Assembly (NCBI GenBank): GCA_963701855.1
Contig: CAVPBK010000006.1
Coordinates: 1,120,001-1,184,000 of the forward strand
Reading direction: 5' to 3'
DNA from: Nitrospirota bacterium
GTDB taxonomy: Bacteria; Nitrospirota; Nitrospiria; Nitrospirales; Nitrospiraceae
DNA length: 64,000 bases
The notes under the pieces were generated by a model that ran no database searches, was not told where the DNA came from, and was given only the letters and a program-made list of their open reading frames with translations. Positions 59,846 to 64,000 of this stretch are shown here, one piece after another; the first letter of the stretch is position 1, and every line of letters starts with the position of its first letter. Position numbers and translations under genes: made by a program.

Positions 59846-59847
59846 AT

Positions 59848-61212
59848 ATGAACGCAGCAGAAAGTAAGCCACCCAGCCTGCCGAAGAACGCGGTAGTCTA
59901 CACGTTGCTTCAGGTGGAAGGGAAGATTCGCGCCGTCCAGAACCAGCAAGAACTACAATTTCTCTTCGTCAATGAAACGCGTCGGTTGGTTCCCTATCAA
60001 CAAGCAATACTGCTCAGCCCGCTGACCCCGTCGGCACAAAGTTATCAGGTAAGAGCCGCATCGAGTATCCCGGTGGTGGATCGCACCGTGCCCTTGATGC
60101 AATGGACCGAGCGATTGATTGGAGGTCTGCGCAAGACTTCGACAGGGCCGGACATGTGTCACGTCACGGAAACGGATTGCCCTGCCGAGCTCAGACCAGA
60201 CTGGAAAGAATTTACTCCAGGCTATGGATTGTGGTGCCCTCTCAAGCACCCCGGGGGACAGATTATTGGCGGCCTGTGGATGACGCGGGACCAGCCCTGG
60301 GCAGACCATGAGGTGCCGATCCTGCAGCGTCTCAGCGAAGCCTATGCCTATGCCTGGCACGCCGTCGGCCGATCGAACAGCCGTCGGTGGAGATGGGGAC
60401 TGAGCCGGACCACGACATGGATACTCGCAATTGCAACGCTGGGCGCACTGGCCATTCCCGTCCCCATGTCGACGCTGGCGCCTGCGAAGATTGTCGCAAA
60501 GGATCCCCTGATCGTGAGCGCGCCGATCGATGGTGTCATCGCCGAGATTCTCGTCCTCCCCAATACTGTCGTGTCCGAAGGCCAAGTGTTGTTCAAGTAC
60601 GAAGACACCACGTTCAGAAGCGAGTATGACGTTGCGGAACGGAACCTTGATGTGGCGATGGCGCAGTATCGGCGCGCGGCGCAAGGCTCATTCGTAGAAG
60701 CCGACCAAAAGGCCGATGTTCCGTTGTTGAAAGCCGAAGTCGAGTTGCGAGAAACCGAGCGGAACTATGCCCATGAACGATTGACGAAGGTCGAGGTGAA
60801 GGCGGAGCAGGCCGGGCTGTTGCTCTACTCGGACAAGTCCGATTGGATCGGAAAGCCGGTCGTGGTCGGCCAACGCATCATGGAACTGGCGAACCCACAG
60901 CAGCTGGAGGTGCGGATCGATCTGCCGGTGGAGGATGCCATTGTGTTGCGCGAAGGCGCATCGGCGACGCTGTTCCTGAATGCCAATCCTTTTTCCAGCG
61001 TTCCTGCTACGGTCAGTCATGCGAGCTACCATGCCGAGGTCTTGCCGAACAATACGCTGGCCTACCGTGTGACGGCACAGCTCGAGCAAGGATCATCGGA
61101 ATTCCGCATAGGCTGGCAAGGCAGCGCAAAAATATACGGAGAGCAGGTGCTGCTGTTCACCTATCTGTTCCGTCGCCCGATTTCCGCCATCCGACCATGG
61201 ATCGGCCTATGA
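59848..61212 (+). CDS. HlyD-family adaptor with N-terminal cytoplasmic GAF-like domain
   Basis: About 185-aa N-terminal domain, one TM, VSAPIDGVI biotinyl-lipoyl motif, G.AKI, YLFRRP. Confidence 0.85.
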   Translation: MNAAESKPPSLPKNAVVYTLLQVEGKIRAVQNQQELQFLFVNETRRLVPYQQAILLSPLTPSAQSYQVRAASSIPVVDRTVPLMQWTERLIGGLRKTSTGPDMCHVTETDCPAELRPDWKEFTPGYGLWCPLKHPGGQIIGGLWMTRDQPWADHEVPILQRLSEAYAYAWHAVGRSNSRRWRWGLSRTTTWILAIATLGALAIPVPMSTLAPAKIVAKDPLIVSAPIDGVIAEILVLPNTVVSEGQVLFKYEDTTFRSEYDVAERNLDVAMAQYRRAAQGSFVEADQKADVPLLKAEVELRETERNYAHERLTKVEVKAEQAGLLLYSDKSDWIGKPVVVGQRIMELANPQQLEVRIDLPVEDAIVLREGASATLFLNANPFSSVPATVSHASYHAEVLPNNTLAYRVTAQLEQGSSEFRIGWQGSAKIYGEQVLLFTYLFRRPISAIRPWIGL

Positions 61213-63341
61213 AACTGACAACGCCGCCCACGCAGGATGTCGCGTTACCGCTGTTGCGCGGGGATCTCCAGCTCATCGAGGGTGGCTCGGCCGCCGATGG
61301 TTCGCCGACTTGGGTCATCGTCGATCCGGTCCGCGGGAAATATTTTCAGATCGGCTGGGCGGCCTACCAGATTCTGTCGCGCTGGGACGCCCAATCCGCG
61401 GAGGCCATCCTCGCGCAGATCCATACGGACACGACCTGCCGAGCCACAAAGCATGACGTCGAGGATCTCCTCCGATTTTTGTATGCCAACCATCTGATGC
61501 GCGATCCGCCGCAGGGTGGGTATCGGGCCTATGCCGAGCAAGCAGAGGCTGCGCGGCCATCTTGGGTGACCTGGCTGGTGCATCACTATCTGTTTTTCCA
61601 GATTCCACTCCTCCGGCCGGATCGGTTTCTTCGTGCCACGCTTCCGTTCGTGGACTGGCTCTATTCATGGGCTGTGGCCTGGGCGATCGGCGGTATCGGG
61701 TTCATCGGACTGTATCTGGTCTCGCGCCAGTGGGACACCTTCATGGCCACCGCCCTGCATTTTTTCACCCCCCGTGGCTTCGCGCTGTACATCCTCTGTC
61801 TGGCCTTCGTCAAGGTATTCCATGAACTCGGGCATGCCTATACGGCGACGCGCTATGGCTGTCGGGTTCCCACCATGGGCTTTGCCATGGTTGTAATGGT
61901 GCCGATGCTGTATTCAGACACTTCAGATGCGTGGAAATTAGCCTCCCGTCGTCAGCGTGCCGCGATCGGCGCTGCCGGTATGATCGTTGAATGCGCGTTG
62001 GCCGCCCTGGCGATCTTCGCGTGGAACTTTCTTGACGACGGCCTGGCGCGGAGTCTGGTGTTTATCGTGGCGACCACGAGCCTAATGGTCGGTGCTGCCA
62101 TTAATTTGAGCCCGTTCATGCGATTCGATGGGTACTATGTGCTTTCTGACTGGCTGGGCATTCCCAACTTGCACGATCGAGCCTTTGCCTTCGGGCGGTG
62201 GCAGCTACGGCGCCTTCTGTTTGGTTTGGATAGACCGATGCCCGAGCCGGTGACCGCTGCCCGACGCCGACTCTTGGTCTGGTTCGCCTGGGGAGTCTGG
62301 GCGTACCGTTTTACGCTGTTTCTCGGCATCGCGCTGATGGTGTACCACTATTTTTTCAAACTTCTGGGCCTGATTCTATTTGCCATTGAGATTGGGTGGT
62401 TCATCGTGCTCCCGATGGTGGGCGAACTGAAGATCTGGTGGGCCTTGCGCGGAGAAATCATCGAACGTCGGAGGGGGTGGCTCTCCGCCGGGGTGCTGGC
62501 CTGTGTCATCGCCGTACTGTTCGTGCCCTGGTCCGATCGCATCAGCCTCCCTGCGGTGTTGGAGTCGACGCCGCACGCGACAATCTATGCGCCAGCGCCC
62601 GGGAGGATCGTCGAACTGTCGGTGAAAGAAGGGAGGCTGGTGGGGGTGGGGGATAGGCTGGTTGTATTGGAGTCTCCCGCACTTGAAAAGGATATGGCGT
62701 TGACACGCAAACGGATCGAGGTTGAGAGATTGAGAAGCCAGCGACAGTTCGTCGATCGAGAAGAGCTCGCGAAGCACCAGGTAACGTTGGAAAACCTGAG
62801 GGCGCGCCTCTCACAGCTTGAAGGCCTGCTCCAGCAGCAACAGAACCTGTCACTAACGGCGCCGATTGCGGGAGTGGTGACCGACCGAGTGGAGGCCCTG
62901 CACGTGGGTCAGTGGATCAACAAGCAACTGCCGCTCGCATACGTGATCGATCCGGCCGGTGAAGAACTGCATGCGCTGGCTCCCGAGACAGACGTCGGCT
63001 ATCTCCACGAGGGTCAATCAGCCCGATTCATTCCAGAAGGTCCGGATCGGCCTAGCTTGGAGGCGCAGGTTACCGAGATTCGAGGCATCGACGAAAGCAG
63101 CTTCACGGTGCCCTACCTCCTCTCCGTCTATGGCGGAGATGTATCAGTTCGTGAAGATGCCAATCATAGACTGAAGCCCGAAACCTCCGTCTATCGCATC
63201 ACGCTGCATCTCGTCGAGTCGCCGCCACGATGGAACCAAGCCGTGCGAGGAACCGTGCTGGTGAAAGGCCCTCGTATCAGCTTTGCTCAACGAGCTTGGG
63301 AACAGACCGCCCGCATCTTCATTCGCGAAAGCGGTGCGTAG
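61209..63341 (+). CDS. Site-2-protease (M50)-like membrane domain fused to a HlyD adaptor, with PqqD-like N-terminus
   Basis: HELGH and NLSPFMRFDGYY motifs; C-terminal APAPGRI / APIAGVV hairpin motifs. Confidence 0.88.
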   Translation: MKLTTPPTQDVALPLLRGDLQLIEGGSAADGSPTWVIVDPVRGKYFQIGWAAYQILSRWDAQSAEAILAQIHTDTTCRATKHDVEDLLRFLYANHLMRDPPQGGYRAYAEQAEAARPSWVTWLVHHYLFFQIPLLRPDRFLRATLPFVDWLYSWAVAWAIGGIGFIGLYLVSRQWDTFMATALHFFTPRGFALYILCLAFVKVFHELGHAYTATRYGCRVPTMGFAMVVMVPMLYSDTSDAWKLASRRQRAAIGAAGMIVECALAALAIFAWNFLDDGLARSLVFIVATTSLMVGAAINLSPFMRFDGYYVLSDWLGIPNLHDRAFAFGRWQLRRLLFGLDRPMPEPVTAARRRLLVWFAWGVWAYRFTLFLGIALMVYHYFFKLLGLILFAIEIGWFIVLPMVGELKIWWALRGEIIERRRGWLSAGVLACVIAVLFVPWSDRISLPAVLESTPHATIYAPAPGRIVELSVKEGRLVGVGDRLVVLESPALEKDMALTRKRIEVERLRSQRQFVDREELAKHQVTLENLRARLSQLEGLLQQQQNLSLTAPIAGVVTDRVEALHVGQWINKQLPLAYVIDPAGEELHALAPETDVGYLHEGQSARFIPEGPDRPSLEAQVTEIRGIDESSFTVPYLLSVYGGDVSVREDANHRLKPETSVYRITLHLVESPPRWNQAVRGTVLVKGPRISFAQRAWEQTARIFIRESGA

Positions 63342-63494
63342 GAGAAATGTAGGAGGTCAGCCCTCACTGTCGACCCCCTCTAAAGTGTCAGGCCAGAAAA
63401 AGTCGTCCTAGGGCGCATTCTGTAGCCCTCAGCGAACCTCCCTACCAAGAGCACTATAACTCGGCTGCACAAAAGAAGAAATTAGTAAGAGGAA

Positions 63495-63510
63495 TGGCAC
63501 CCTCCTTGCT
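63495..63510 (+). promoter_or_regulatory. Sigma54 -24/-12 promoter
   Basis: TGGCACCCTCCTTGCT, consensus match, 46 nt before the ATG at 63557. Confidence 0.8.
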
Positions 63511-63556
63511 ACAGTATTGCGGGTAATAATGGACGTATGCTGTCTCAAGCCATACC

Positions 63557-64000
63557 ATGAAAATACTACGTAGGCAGAAGAAAGCGGCGGGCAAACCAGC
63601 GCGAGGGCAGCGTCCTGCCTCCGCGGACACACGCATCACTCTTTCGACGTTTGGTGGCTCGTTGATTGCGCTCGAATCGCGCATCATGTTTGACGGCGCT
63701 GCCGTAGCCACGGTCAGTACTGTGACCACCGAGCAAATCGCGCAAAGCCAGGCTGATAAGGCTCTCTCGAATCATGACGCGGCGGCAGCCGATAGCGCGC
63801 CTGCTGCGCCGACGGGCGACCCGCACTCTACTACCAGCGACCAGGCGTTGTTCGATGCCCTGGCGGCATACGATACATCGGCCGCCCGCCAGGAGGTTGT
63901 GTTCCTTTCCCCCAGCGTCCTTGACTACCAGCAACTCCTCGACGGCATCAGTCCCAACGTCGAAGTGCACATACTCGACCCTGGCCGCGACGGCGTTCAG
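63557..64000 (+). CDS. LEPRxLL-motif / DUF4347 secreted protein, N-terminus only (runs off window)
   Basis: Open to the window end: MKILRRQKK...ALESRIMFDGAAV...EVVFLSPSVLDYQQLLDGISPNVEVHILDPGRDGVQ. Not in the ORF track. Confidence 0.85.
   Translation, partial: MKILRRQKKAAGKPARGQRPASADTRITLSTFGGSLIALESRIMFDGAAVATVSTVTTEQIAQSQADKALSNHDAAAADSAPAAPTGDPHSTTSDQALFDALAAYDTSAARQEVVFLSPSVLDYQQLLDGISPNVEVHILDPGRDGVQ

Overview
Bacterial chromosome segment, most likely from a Nitrospira (Nitrospirota). That assignment is inferred from gene content (several stand-alone PilZ proteins, MEKHLA, PEP-CTERM, DUF1566) and the intergenic repeat types. Main blocks: (1) 1-4640, an inorganic-carbon uptake locus: DabB/NuoL-like, a degenerate NuoM-like subunit and DabA/DUF2309 on the minus strand behind a highly structured terminator/antiterminator leader, with a divergent DUF2294 (MpsC/YbcI) gene and a decayed beta-carbonic anhydrase. 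(2) 4671-23202, mostly housekeeping genes (selO, ettA, tldD/pmbA, msrA, SLT, hydrolases) plus an unusual 1090-aa receptor-like membrane protein. (3) 23351-36699, a 13.3-kb integrated phage-satellite-like island with visible att core and arm sites, tyrosine integrase, a divergent ribbon-helix-helix switch, primase-DUF3987, a frameshifted TerS-like gene, sigma54-driven surface-protein cargo and a decaying 3-gene candidate defence module. (4) 36822-56787, housekeeping genes (aminotransferase, GspE/PilB, cysQ, corA, leuCD, mscS, xth, BaiN), an IS3 inserted in a beta-barrel pseudogene and several MITE-like repeats. (5) 56833-64000, an ABC-less type-I-like export cluster (DUF3467, TolC, two adaptors, M50-peptidase/adaptor fusion) followed by the sigma54-driven start of a LEPRxLL/DUF4347 protein. 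Domain calls come from motif recognition only; no database searches were run.
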